A stretch of 64,000 nt of DNA, from contig JBNJNM010000011.1 in NCBI GenBank assembly GCA_052426225.1, forward strand, positions 4,464,001 through 4,528,000, in the 5' to 3' direction. Positions 34,680 through 47,905 of the stretch are shown here, piece after piece. The notes beneath the pieces were generated by a model. It was given only the letters and a program-made list of their open reading frames with translations. It was not told the origin of the DNA and did no database searches. Each line of letters begins with the position of its first letter. Position 1 is the stretch's first letter. This DNA comes from Zancudomyces culisetae HAW-14-8. Taxonomy: Eukaryota; Fungi; Kickxellomycota. The translations under genes and the position numbers were made by a program.

Positions 34680-36029
34680 ATGGAACATAGACCCAGCTAT
34701 CATAAAATTCATAACGGAATTGCCCAAAAACAGTTGAGTCCAGTAAACTTAGAGAATTACAAGCTAGGTGACAGGTGCGATTATGAATTTTCTAAAGATG
34801 CAGAAACAAAAGAACGTGTCAATCATTATGCGCCAGCAAAAGGTATTTCTAGAAGGGGTGTAATCCCAATGAGTATAAATACCAATATTGAAACACCTCA
34901 GTCACCAAATAGGCACTTTTCATATGGTAATTTGCAAACACCAATTTATTACGGACAACACCCTGAAAAGTATACAACTGGAAGATTCCGCGATGTGAGT
35001 AGTGGACATGTCAATAGACCGGCAAGGTACTCGCCATATGTTGTGGATTCATTGAGTGCTTCTGATTACTATAGAACCTTGATAAACAAGCCCTATCCTT
35101 TCAGCACTTTTACTTACAAGCAGCATCGCAGACGACATAAAAAGCACGAGCTAGAATTATTGGAAAAAGTCTTTGCAAAAAACCCATTACCCTCAAAGGA
35201 AACTAAACTAATGATTTGCAAGCTGACCGGGTTAAGCCAGAAAAATGTTCAAATTTGGTTTCAAAACAAAAGACAGAAAATGAGAAGACTTGGCGAGAAC
35301 AAAGATAACAATGAGTCCACACGTACTAATGATGATAGTGTTAGTATTCCCAAAAAAGATGAAAACATCGTCACGACACCTAATGCTAGTAATACACTGG
35401 AGGATGGTGGTGACGACCAGCCACACCCAGGACTTGGCTTAAAGCTACCATCAATATCTGACTTATTTATGGATGTTGATCTTCCCAGATTTGAAAAAAA
35501 TACATCTGCTCACCGTAGGTACTCAGACGTAACATCAGATAGTGGAAATGACGTCACACTGAAGCCATACATAAAAAGACACACCAGCTATTATACCAGC
35601 ACCTTTGACAGTGATCATCGTGCACCATCTCATGGCCGTAAAAAAAGTTCTACTTCCACTTTGAGCCCAACAAGTCCTGAAAACCATAATACACTCTTTC
35701 ACTATGATTATTCGGGTTATTCTAGGGTCAACTTACATGATCCACGCACTACATACAATCCAAAAAGATCCCTCTCCTTCGTTGCTCCGCTATCTAAACC
35801 TCAAAACCCTGAGTACAATTACCACAGAATAAGAGGTGAGACTGAGGGTGTTGATAGCTACGATCCTTACCACTACTATAATGATCATTACAACGCTACT
35901 ACAAATCATAACAGTGACTCAGCTTATAGTACGTTGGGAAGTGGTGGTGGGTACAACTCACAAAACAAACATCCTGAAGAGTCTGAATGCGAACCTTCGT
36001 TTCATCTTAAAAGCGTTTTGTTTGATTGA
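34680..36029 (+). CDS. Homeobox transcription factor (Yox1/Yhp1-like homeodomain)
   Basis: Homeodomain HRRRHKKHELELLEKVFAKNPLPSKETKLMICKLTGLSQKNVQIWFQNKRQKMRR; first ATG at 34680; LKLPSISDL short motif downstream. Confidence 0.9.
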   Translation: MEHRPSYHKIHNGIAQKQLSPVNLENYKLGDRCDYEFSKDAETKERVNHYAPAKGISRRGVIPMSINTNIETPQSPNRHFSYGNLQTPIYYGQHPEKYTTGRFRDVSSGHVNRPARYSPYVVDSLSASDYYRTLINKPYPFSTFTYKQHRRRHKKHELELLEKVFAKNPLPSKETKLMICKLTGLSQKNVQIWFQNKRQKMRRLGENKDNNESTRTNDDSVSIPKKDENIVTTPNASNTLEDGGDDQPHPGLGLKLPSISDLFMDVDLPRFEKNTSAHRRYSDVTSDSGNDVTLKPYIKRHTSYYTSTFDSDHRAPSHGRKKSSTSTLSPTSPENHNTLFHYDYSGYSRVNLHDPRTTYNPKRSLSFVAPLSKPQNPEYNYHRIRGETEGVDSYDPYHYYNDHYNATTNHNSDSAYSTLGSGGGYNSQNKHPEESECEPSFHLKSVLFD

Positions 36030-36575
36030 TCCTGTGCGAATGCGCTTTGTTTAATATTTGTTTTTCCACTCTATTTTCGTTATTTGGCACATTATATTTT
36101 TTAGTGTCTGCTTGCGTTTCCTTCAGAATGTGGGGAGGGAGCAAGATGTATTTATTCGTGTATTTTTTGTGCATTTTTTTTTTGTAGTTTACTAAAGATC
36201 AGAGCTAATAAATTTCGGTAAAATGGAATTGTATGCGTGTCTGTTCATTTGAAAACCAAGCACATCCTACTATAGCTCAAACTTGGTGGTCATGGACCAT
36301 TGATCCTCAAAGTTTATTCAATATGACCTCCTTGCCCCTCCCCCCAAAGTACTGTAATCAAGCTGATAGGTGCTATTTATGGGCTTTTTTTGTTGTGGCA
36401 CTCATTGAGATAAGACAAAAAAAGGTCACTGTCCTTAAATTGTTTATTTTGAGGTTATTCAAAAAACAGATGAAAAAAAAAGAGAAACCAACATCAAGAA
36501 CTACTAAACGCACATAGAAATGGTTGCTTTGAAGATAGTTTTGATCATGAGAATAAAAAAGCTGACTCCCAATAA

Positions 36576-37343
36576 TTAGCGTTCTGCTTCTAATATTTCA
36601 ATTCTGTAACCATCGGGGTCGTAGATAAAAGCAATATGACTCATTCTTCCTTCTTCAGGGCGCTTCAAAAACTTGACGCCCATCTGATCAAATCTGGCTA
36701 CGGCGCCTTGCAAGCTGTCAACGGTCACTGCAATATGGCCATACCCACCGATATCTCCATTTCCAGTAGAATAGCTAAAGCTCTCGTCCTTTTCAGTCCC
36801 ATGGTTCCATGTAAGCTCCAACAACCCTTTGCGAGAGAGCTTAGCGGTACCCTCTTCGCCTTTGTCCTCATATCCCAGGAAATAGAGGGAGAATTTGTTT
36901 TTCTCATCATGCATTTCGTTAATCAATCTAGTGAGTGCAAAAGGATAGTGTAAGAAATTTTTGATTTCCTTTCATTTGATAGTCAGTATTAAAACCACGG
37001 CTTTCGGTACATCGCATTGAAAATAAACGAGAAAGCTTGACTTACTTCATCCCCATGACCTCGGTGTAAAACTTTACTGACTTTGGGCCATCTTTTACCC
37101 TGTACATGACATGGTTCTATTGAGTAAATTAGAAGAATAAGAGTAAGCGAATAAAAAGATAGGTGGGGTATGACAGGTAGAGATATGCAAAATATAATTT
37201 AAAAACTAGTTATATCCTATTCCCCATTAAAATCGGATAATAGCATGGGAGGATCAGTGGGAATGCTGGTGGTGAAGGTGAAAAATACTTAAGGTTCAGT
37301 AATGTTATGTTCTTACCAATTTGTAGGTGCTAGTATCAGACAT
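36576..37343 (-). CDS. GLO1: Glyoxalase I (lactoylglutathione lyase), single-domain, 3 exons, about 149 aa
   Basis: Exons 37343-37317, 37116-37046, 36927-36576 (GT..AG, 450 nt total). Protein MSDTSTYKLNHVMYRVKDGPKSVKFYTEVMGMKLI...FSLYFLGY...LLELTWNHGTE...GYGHIAVTVD...IAFIYDPDGYRIEIL. Confidence 0.93.
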
Positions 37344-38637
37344 CTTTTTTGAATTTTCTTGTTTTTTATTTTATTTCTTTAATTTTGCGAAAGAAAAATG
37401 TTAGAGCTTTGTATCAAACTAATCAATATTAGACCTTTATACTGAAACAAATAACCCCAAATCCAAACCCCCTGCATTCATCAGTGACATAATTAAATTT
37501 TTCTTTTTTTTTATGGGCATGAAATAGTAAGCGTAATTTTATCGTTCGTGCCTCGCAATTGGCATGAATTCAATATACCTCGCAGGATGTAAAGCTTTTT
37601 GCACACCCAACCAATGGACATGCTTCATAAAAGGGGTTGAATAATATGACCTGTGGGTTCTTACATTACGATGAAAAAGATGTAACAAAAGCATATACGT
37701 ACCTGTATTGCTAGGATAGGCAGCGTCATCGGCGCAAGGTGGGCATAAAGATTGTGAAGGCGGTGTATGACACAGTCCAACCGTCACTCATTCGCAGCTG
37801 GCTTCGTTTAATGTACAATTTTATTCCCTCTCTTTGCTTTTATTCTGTTTACCGAGTTACTTTGTAGTGTGCAAAAAAATACAGATAAAGTTATTAAAGG
37901 AGTAACACTTTTTATTATCTTGATTCCGACATAAGCATAAATATAAGCTAACAGTGCAGATGGAATGGGCGTATAGTTATGGAGCATATGTGAGATGTCT
38001 ATAAAGACTCAATTACAGTTGAGTAAGTCGGGTATAGCAGTTAAAAGTTATAATTTGCTTGAAGAGAGAGAATATACTTCACATCCAACAGTGTTATATA
38101 GATTGTAACGATTAAACGGTGAGGCTGCTACTTACTCTGGTGGTTTCTGTTTTTATTTTTTTTCTGTTTTCCCTTTTCCCTTTTCCCTTGCATATAGTAT
38201 TTTGGTGATAATTGGGCGCTATCTGAAAGAATTGTTTTAATATTTTCGGTGACTATTTGGTAAAGATTGGTTGAGCCTTTGTTACCTAGCACCCGGGAAA
38301 GGGTGAAGTGTGATAGCTTTAACAAACGCTATTGATGTTCGCTAACAATTTAGATCGATGATTTTGATTCACTGTGAAAAAAAATCTCTGTGACTTGGAA
38401 TGTCACTAAAAACACCAAACAAAAAGACTATTTCGCTGCACTTTATTACTAAAATGAGCAGATTAGGAACGAACAGAGCGTGTCACTTTAGACCTTTTTA
38501 ATTGCCCTTTTTCTGTTGTAATGGATAAATGTAACACAGTTTACATTCCAATAAAACGTACAAGACTTTTAGAAAATAACATTGCAGGCATTTTATCGTA
38601 CAACCAATATTCAAAAAAAATATAAAGATAGAAAAGC

Positions 38638-39414
38638 ATGGATACAGTCAGGTCGGGTATGCGGGAAAATCACAAGAAAAACGTGTGTTTTATTGCGAAA
38701 TTGAGCTGGGGGACAACCGAGCACATGTTGAAAGAAAGATTTCGGCAATATGGTACAATCTTGGATATTCGGATCATTTGTGACAATCAAACGGGTGTAT
38801 CCAAAGGCTTTGGCTTTTTGGAATTTTCAAAGGCTCAAGAAGCGTCAATGGCTATAGAACACGAAAACAACAAAATCTTGGATGGAAGAATTATTCTAGT
38901 CAAGTTAGCCAAGTTTCAACAGGGAAACTCAAGAATGGGCGAAAAGCAGAAACGCAATGAGCGGATTAACCAGAACGATAATAGGGATTTTGGAGCAAAT
39001 ATTAACCAGCAACAAAGACAACAACAGAGACAGCAGCAAAGACAGAACCAAATGCAAACACAAATGCAAATGCACACTCAAAATCGTGTTGAAGCAGGTG
39101 GAGTTACTAAAATGAAAACCCGTGGGGCTCCTTACAACAACAATAACACTAGTAACAGCAATAACAATAATATCAATAGTAATAATCCTCGCAACAATTA
39201 TAATAGTCGAGGTGATACTGGCCATGATAATGACAATAGCGCTAATAGCAGTCAATATCGCACAAACAATAACAATACGAGTATGGTAGGGAATAATACC
39301 AATAGTTTTTACCAGGGTGAAGATACTAGGGCGTACGCCCATCAACAGACTCGAAAAATGAGAGCAGGTGGGCCACAGCAGGGTCGGTATGGTGTAATGC
39401 ATTTAAAGCAATAA
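38638..39414 (+). CDS. Single-RRM RNA-binding protein with Q/N-rich low-complexity tail
   Basis: RNP2-like CFIAKL and RNP1 KGFGFLEF, LDGRIILVKLA; C-terminal QQRQQQRQ and N-rich tracts. Confidence 0.88.
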   Translation: MDTVRSGMRENHKKNVCFIAKLSWGTTEHMLKERFRQYGTILDIRIICDNQTGVSKGFGFLEFSKAQEASMAIEHENNKILDGRIILVKLAKFQQGNSRMGEKQKRNERINQNDNRDFGANINQQQRQQQRQQQRQNQMQTQMQMHTQNRVEAGGVTKMKTRGAPYNNNNTSNSNNNNINSNNPRNNYNSRGDTGHDNDNSANSSQYRTNNNNTSMVGNNTNSFYQGEDTRAYAHQQTRKMRAGGPQQGRYGVMHLKQ

Positions 39415-39565
39415 CCTTCGCCTATGGGCATAGCAATATGTACGAGAAGAACGATTTCGAGTGAATGTAGCATAATACTTTACCTTCTGTTTATTTCTTT
39501 CATTTAGTTTCATTTTTGTAAAAGAAAAGCCCAATAGAACTAAGCAAACCAAAATAAAATGCCAA

Positions 39566-42197
39566 TTAATTTAGGGATTTAATATAAGAAACATAATCCA
39601 ACAAAAGATCATCACCTTCATACTTTGGCATATCACAGGCTAGTTTGGAAATAGAAGCTTCTGATAAACCAGCGGCCTTAAGATCTGTGATGGACACATA
39701 GGGTTTTCCACTAGCCACAGTATGGAATGACTCAAATAGCTGTGCGTAGTCATCTTTATCTTCAAAGACAGCAACCAAAAAACGGATGTATTTTTCAAAT
39801 GAAATTCGTTGAGCATCATTGCCTTGAGCCAAAAATTCGAAAATTTCTGTAAATTCGGATTCAGAATATGCCAAATCCAATGCTTCCAAAGCGGCGCGAA
39901 ACTCAGCAGCGTTCAATGAGTTACAATCTCCTTTATCAAAATGATAAAATACAGACTCGAATTCATCAAGTTGCGCCGGTGTGATGTTGGACACATTGCG
40001 TAGCAGCGTTTGGTTGACCAAGTAGCTTTTCTTCTTCAACAGCGTTTGTTTGATAAGCTCGAGATCTGCAACAATTGACTGTGATGAGTGGATGGTATAA
40101 ACCGTACAGTCTATTTGCATTTGCCGACATTCACTCTCCATCGCTTGCAACTGTTCCAACTCCTTTTCAAACGATTCGACTACTAGTATTAACTTACTCA
40201 GTTGGTCGCCTTGCTGATCCAACGCTTCGACTTCTGTCTCGTTATTATCTCCTCCATAGCACGTGATCTCGCTAATTTCGTTATGAATTCGTATTATGGA
40301 CTCATAAATTTGGTTGGCAAACTGTCCAATTTCTCTACTAGCCTTGTCCTTTAGCTCAATGACCGCTGCATTCAACGCCGTATTGTATGTTGTTTCTTGT
40401 TGGCATAGCCTTTTCCATTCGGTTTCGATTTGCTCCGAGGCAGTAATGATATCAGCTTCCAGGTTTCTGTTACTCTGATACGCCATCAGCTTGGTAATAA
40501 TGTCTCCAGCCAAACCATTTAGCTCCAGCTTTTCTGCGACTATTTGCTTGCGCCCATGTTTACAATACTCTTCAAATGACGTAATTAGCTCAGTCACGTC
40601 GTTTAGTTGCCTGCTTTTTGTCTTTGTGCATTCGAACTCCGCCTGTAATAGTTGTATTTTTTCTATCAGCCTTCTTGCTCTATCCATATAATCACGTTTC
40701 ATAGCATTGGCAATTTGAACTGTGTTTGTAAATTTGTCTATTCTCCTTTTTGCCATTTCGAGTTTATCTATTGTTATTATTATTGTATCTTTTAGTTGCA
40801 GTATACGATAATAACTCAAAATCCCACCCTATGTTATTTGGTATCCTTATAATTATATATATATAAAATAATGGTATTACTATGTGACGAGAATGCATGA
40901 AAGTATTGAGCAACGTATGTCATAATAGATTTGTCGTCTGGTACTTTAACCAGGCAAATGTCCTCTGCATCTAGTAGTTTTGGAATTCCCAAATGCTTCT
41001 CTGCAACTTCAAAGGCAAGTTTTGTATTTTCTACTGGCTGATTAAAATCAAGTTTATAGTAATCAAGCAAATCTGGTCTGTGTTTGTGAATCAATGCACA
41101 AAACGCTAGCCCGTCCTGCCAACTATAGCTGAAATCTGCCACTCTAACCTCCTTATATTCAGCCGTCTTCCGCTGACACCAAAGCAATAAAGCATCTTTT
41201 GCTGTTAGACCCTCTTCTATAATATCTGAGATTGTAAAATGCAAAATGATCTTCCATATCAATCCCAGTGTTATTTTGGAATTGTAGTCTACTATATCTA
41301 TTCGTTTTACGGAGCAAAAAATGTTTAATGTAGCAAAAGCTGTATGTTTCATACCATGTTTCATACCACATTCATAGGAAAAAGTGAGCATCTATATATG
41401 GAGCTATCTTACCTTCAGCGCCAATGTTTGTCAAGTTTAGCCCTTTGTTTCTGACATACACCAGTGCTCTGTTCATGTTTTCTACTTTTTGTATTCTCAA
41501 TACTGGGTTTATATTGAACCTTCCAATGCTCTCTTCTCCAATTACCTCCTATCAGTATACCATTTTTTATATTATATAATCACCTTTTCCCTTCAAACAT
41601 AAACGTATAGCATCGATAAACGCTGAAAATTACCAATAATTGGAGTAATGCTGTCCCGTCACTGAGGTCCCTGAGCACATCCTCTATTCCTGCTATATTC
41701 CACCTCGCCAGCTGTGTATTTATCCTAGTAATACAGTTTAATGTTTGAATTGCCTTAATTCTAAATATATCACCTTTTGACTGCAATTAAGCTCTGGTTT
41801 TTTTGTTAGATTTATCATAGTTACTTGGATGAATTTCTAAAATACTTAGTAATACATGCTTTTCTTTTCGTTTACCATTTGGTGAAGGCTATTTGAAATA
41901 GAAAACGTCACACACTTCAGGATGAATTGATTATATATATAAACTTATTCTCATAACATACATTTGCAATGTCTATATGATAGAATCACATAAAAAAGCT
42001 ATGTCTTTCCCTTCACGCACCCCTCGCTACTTACTTTTTGCTTGAACTTGCTCCCAAGAATTTTCTGTTGTTCGTATTTACATAATTATACTGTTTAGTT
42101 GTTTGTTTGAGAATTCTATCTAACATATTGGATTATTTTCTACGTACAAGCTAAGTTGAATTGTCTTACCATCGATTTTCCTAGCCCGACTATTCAT
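39566..42197 (-). CDS. Alpha-actinin (Ain1-like): CH1-CH2, spectrin-like rod, EF hands; 7 exons, about 638 aa
   Basis: Exons 42197-42170, 42064-42035, 41888-41876, 41724-41634, 41548-41413, 41297-40881, 40767-39566 (all GT..AG, 1917 nt). Splicing reconstitutes [91 protein letters not shown], and the EF-hand [17 protein letters not shown]. Exon 1 is the least certain. Confidence 0.9.
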
Positions 42198-44085
42198 TTT
42201 CTTTTGATTAATTTTAACTGCTTTTTAATCGGCTTGTTGAGTTGAATCGAACATCAATGTTTTTACGGTCTAATAAAATGATATCCTGTTGGTATATATT
42301 ATGCCTTAAGCTTGCTATGTGCGTTTTTATTTGTGTGATTAGCTCTTCGGTTTTTGCTAAATATACAAAATAGAGTGTGATAAGGCGATTATATGATTTT
42401 TGTCGATTTTTCCAAAGAGTACAGAATCACCACCTTTAGTTGCTAGGAAAAGCAAAGTACATAATAAATCATCAAATTGGGACAACGCTTTTTCGCTGCT
42501 TTTTCGCTATTTGCAATCTGGAATCACGCACTAGCAAAAATACCTGCTATTCAGTTAATTTGTTTACAATAATTTATCCTCAAATGTTCATTTGCTGATT
42601 CTATTATTTTTATTTTAATGAGAACAAAAAAACAAACATTTTGGTGTTAACAAAAAGATTTGAAGGCTAGATTGGTACGTGTAGTATCGCCTTTATTAGC
42701 TTCAAGACCAGGTATACGGAATACATTCAAAGTAAGACAGTCTACCTCACAGTATATCTTGCCACACCCAAAATACTTGAAAATATCTTTTGTCAGCGAA
42801 TTTTCCCGACAAAAACATAGTTTATTGAAATCAGGCGTGTACTACTTTTTGCCTCCCCCCCCTCTCTTCATTCAATTGACACATAGTAGGTTTTTTAAAA
42901 AAAAAAATTATGGTGAAGTATACTCATACTTGTACATTGACTAAATCGTTTAGAGGGTCTTGATGGGCCTATAGCAACCATCAAGCTTTAGTCTTTACAT
43001 AAATCTCACTCGCATTCGGTTTAAAAGAAATATAACGTTGATTTTGTGTAATCAGGGTTTTACATGAGTCTATCCCACCTGTACTTTGTTGTTGTGTATA
43101 AAATTAGCTTTAGGTACTACTAAAAAATATTGTATCCGAACAATTTAGAGTTTAATGACGCTACCTTAAGCTAACTGGAGAGAGAGAGGGGGGTACGATT
43201 ATTCAGTTTACAGCTGAGAAATCAAAAAAGATGCAAAGCCACATCTGGGTCGCAGTTGGTCCGGCTAGCTTACCAGGAGGTTGGAAAACAAATACCAGTG
43301 GTAAGATATATATCACAGCGCGTTTTTTGACCTAAGTTTAGGTGATGTAGAGGTAAAAAAAATTATTAAATCAATAATTCGGTCCACTAAAGCAAAAATC
43401 CATAATAGCTAGACCAATATGTTTGATCGTTGCATATTATGAGCAGTAGATAGTTAGCGAAAAATACATGGAAATTGTGTTTAGGAACCACAATTAGTTT
43501 GTTGTATATGTTTCCAAGATAATTTTCTGTGTCGCATTACAGGCAACTATATCTGAAAGGAAGCTTTATTTCACTCTTGTCTAAAAAAAAGCACAAATAT
43601 CAATCAAGTTGTACTGTTGTGGTAAGAATTTAGTCTTTGGGAAGGTTTGAAAGTAAACTCGGAATATAAAAAAATAAAGGCAAAAAGGGGGGGAGTTACC
43701 AAAAAAAGAAAAAGCAAAAAAGAGAGCCAATAGCTTGTGAGTTTCATTTGAAAATACACTTTAGAAAAGATAATTGGGTAATCCTTGGATATTTCATATC
43801 GTCATTGTTTTGGGAAAAGAAAAAGGCGAAGCAAAATAATGAGCAAAGAAGTAAATGGCACTAGATGTATTTGTGTAAAAAAAAAAATTCAATTAAAATG
43901 TTGAACCTTTGCTTATTTTTTTGAAGTACAGGTTTGTTATTCTTAGTGATTCGAAGATAAGGTTTATAGCAGCAAAATTCGACCATTTGGCGTAATCATA
44001 GAGAAATCACTGTAAGGAAACTGTGAAAACGAAATAATCAAGACAGTACAGTAGTATAGTATAGTATAGTATAAGATATATAAAA

Positions 44086-45092
<1,007 letters not shown>

Positions 45093-45308
45093 TTTTCTAC
45101 CGAAAATAGATTTTACTGCACCATGTCCACACCTTTTCTTTTTTTCTTAGTATATAGTTACAATACTGTTTTTATGCGCGCTAAAGGAAATTAGTACATT
45201 AATTTTTGTTTTGTGTTTACCAATAATACTCTGAGGCCTGTAGCAGCAATAAAAAAAGATATGTGTGTGAATAAAGGGTGTCAATAAGTAAAACGCATAG
45301 ATGTAGGC

Positions 45309-45350
45309 ATAGGTATAGGTATAGGTATAGGTATAGGTATAGGTATAGGT
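45309..45350. repeat. (ATAGGT)7 microsatellite
   Basis: Seven perfect tandem copies between the Rab6 and GUP1 genes. Confidence 0.95.
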
Positions 45351-46045
45351 ATATGCGTAAACATCTACTAGACAAAGTGGTTCTAAGAAATTAAAATCTT
45401 TTACCCGGAATCGTAGAACTCTATGCCCGCTTTGCAGTTTTTACTTGCGGGTAGTTAGGTTGATATTGCCAATTTTCTACTAATTATGAGTGATTACTAT
45501 TATTGTTGCTGTTACTTTTTTTTTTGCTGGTAACAATCAAAAAGGGGGCCAGAACTGGTGAAAAATTCTTACAATTAATACTTTCCACGCATGGATCTCA
45601 ATGTATCATTATGTAATAAATGAACTTTTTAAACAGAACTGGCTGGATTAAATAAAAAGTATAGTTTGCATTTGAAAGTGCAAACAAAAGGCGCATTTAC
45701 AGGAAAAATTATCTTGGTAGGATACATCAGTATAGGTGGACAGATAGCTATAAAATAAAGAAAAGTAGGTGCCTTTGTTCAATTTGTTGGATATTTGTAA
45801 GATTGTGGTTTAAGAATTTCGAACGGGTTGACATAAGGCAGATAATCTTTGAAAGACTTTAGGATTAAGTGTTTGTTTTAGAACCGAGAATTACGGCATA
45901 AGTAATAGGCTAGAGTGGTACGGAAAAAGAGAAGAAATAGATTTGGGATTATTGCGACAGTTTTTTTTTTTAAAAAAAATAAAGTATAATAAAAAGGCAA
46001 AAGGGAAGGGGGAACTCATCAATTAAACGATCATAATACGCAAAG

Positions 46046-47905
46046 ATGGGTGATGAAAACACAGAAAAGCCAGTAAATAATAGACATATTCAAGCTAAGA
46101 AAAATAAAAATGGCAGAAAGCGCAGTACTTTACTTCCTGGATTTAGTAGTAGAATAAGCAGACCTATGGAACCGCCAAAAGAATCGAGGTTTCACACATT
46201 GGAAATTCGCATATGTCTTTTGCTTTTGTTTATATTTTTCCCTTTAATGGTGTATACAGGTGCAAAAGTGTCTGGAGCAGGTAATAAGAAGTTATACTCT
46301 GAAATTAGTGAGAAATTATCGGACGGGTATTTATTTGGAAGGAAAATGGTAAATCTAAATAAAAACTTACTGTATTAGATGGAGAGGGGGGGAGAGAAAC
46401 GAGAGAGAAGACTAATATTTTGAAACAATGCTACCTAGGATTTAACAGATGGTCAATGGGTCACATTTCGGAATTCGGCACCAATCTTGTTAGTGGCAAT
46501 GTCATTTTATGCTTTTTTGAATTGGGTATACAAAAAACTACTAAAGACAAAGGTCGTTTTGCGTATCCAGCGGTTGCTGGGAGGGCGTCAAGAAGTATAT
46601 ATATCAATACTGTACTCGATGTGTTTTATCTGGGTAGCCAATGGTTATTCGATAATATTTGTCATGATGGAAATAAGTGCGAATTACTTGTTGGCAAAGA
46701 CACTAAGCGGTAAAAAGTATTACGCGGTAGTGGTATGGGTATTTAACATAGGAATGTTGTTAGCGAACGAAAGGAATCGGGGCTTTGAGTTTAGGCAGAT
46801 TAGCGATAGTTTAAGTTGGATGGATAAAACCCGAGGAATAAACAGAAGATGGGATATTACATTCAATATCACAATGTTACGAATGGTTTCGTTTGACATG
46901 GATTTACACTGGCGTAAACTGCAACTTAAACAAGTGGGACCGGCCAAGATGCAACACTATGCTGCAAAATTGGATACTCAAAAGGATCGAATTGAGCACT
47001 CGCGGCTTGAAAATGAATACGATTTTGTTACATACATCGGATATTTGTTGTATGTTCCGCTTTACTTGGCTGGACCAATCATTACATATAATGACTTTGT
47101 TTCACAGCTAAAGATGCCGGTCCAAGACTATGGAGTGAAAGACGTGTTGAAATATGCAGCTCGGTTGGTTTTGGCATTCTTTATGATGGAAGCTATGCTC
47201 CATTTGGTTCATCCGATAATAATCAGTTCTAAAAGACTGTTTGAAGGGATGTCGCCTTTTGAGATTAGCGCGATTGGGTATTTCTATTTGAAGTTTATAT
47301 GGCTAAAACTCTTACTGATATGGCGATTTTCCAGACTATGGGCAATGGTTGATGGTATTGTGGTTGTGGAAAACATGCGGCGATGTATGTCAAACAACTT
47401 TTCACTTTCTGATTTCTGGAGAGACTGGCACTGCTCATTTAACAGATGGTTGGTACGATATCTCTACGTTCCTTTGGGTGGAAAATATCATTCACCATAC
47501 AACCTGTTTGTTGTCTTTGGGTTTGTGGCAATCTGGCACGATTTGACTCTGCGGCTGCTAGCTTGGGGTTGGCTAATAGCTCTTCTTTTTGTTCCTGAAT
47601 CTATCGCACGTTACCTATATTCTCTCTCACCATTTTTAAAGACCAATCCACAGTACTCCCGCATTTTGATTGCCATGGGTGGATCCTTCAATATTTTTAC
47701 AATGATTATTGTTAATCTTGTTGGCTTTGCTGTAGGGATTGATGGGATCCAGCAGATGCTTCCCAAAGTTTTTTGCTCTCAAGGCATTCTTTTTGTTTTG
47801 ACGGCCTATTTTCTGCTGACTCTTTATGTTTTGTTACTTATTGAATTTAGAAATCATGAATACCGAAGAGAGTATGCTAGACGATCCTCTCCCGCCATTA
47901 AATGA
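46046..47905 (+). CDS. GUP1: MBOAT O-acyltransferase, GUP1/HHAT-like family, 2 exons, about 589 aa
   Basis: Exon 1 46046-46348, intron 46349-46438, exon 2 46439-47905. LSDGYLFGRKMDLTDGQW, RWDITFNITMLRMVSFDMD, YVPLYLAGPIITYNDF, ENMRRCMSNN, FWRDWHCSFNRWLVRYLYVPLGG, catalytic-His motif FVAIWHD. Confidence 0.93.

Noticed and set aside
40841-40848. GTATCCTT U12-type 5' splice-site motif
   Set aside because: It is on the plus strand, antisense to an ordinary GT-AG intron of alpha-actinin. None of the reconstructed introns has a U12 donor.
42665-42690. GTGTAGTATC resembling the U2 snRNA branch-pairing region
   Set aside because: No surrounding U2 stem or Sm-site similarity.
43231-43335. 34-aa ORF containing LPGGWKTNTSGKIY, reminiscent of a WW-domain start
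   Set aside because: Spacing is too short, the second Trp/Pro is absent, and no supporting exons were found; likely chance.
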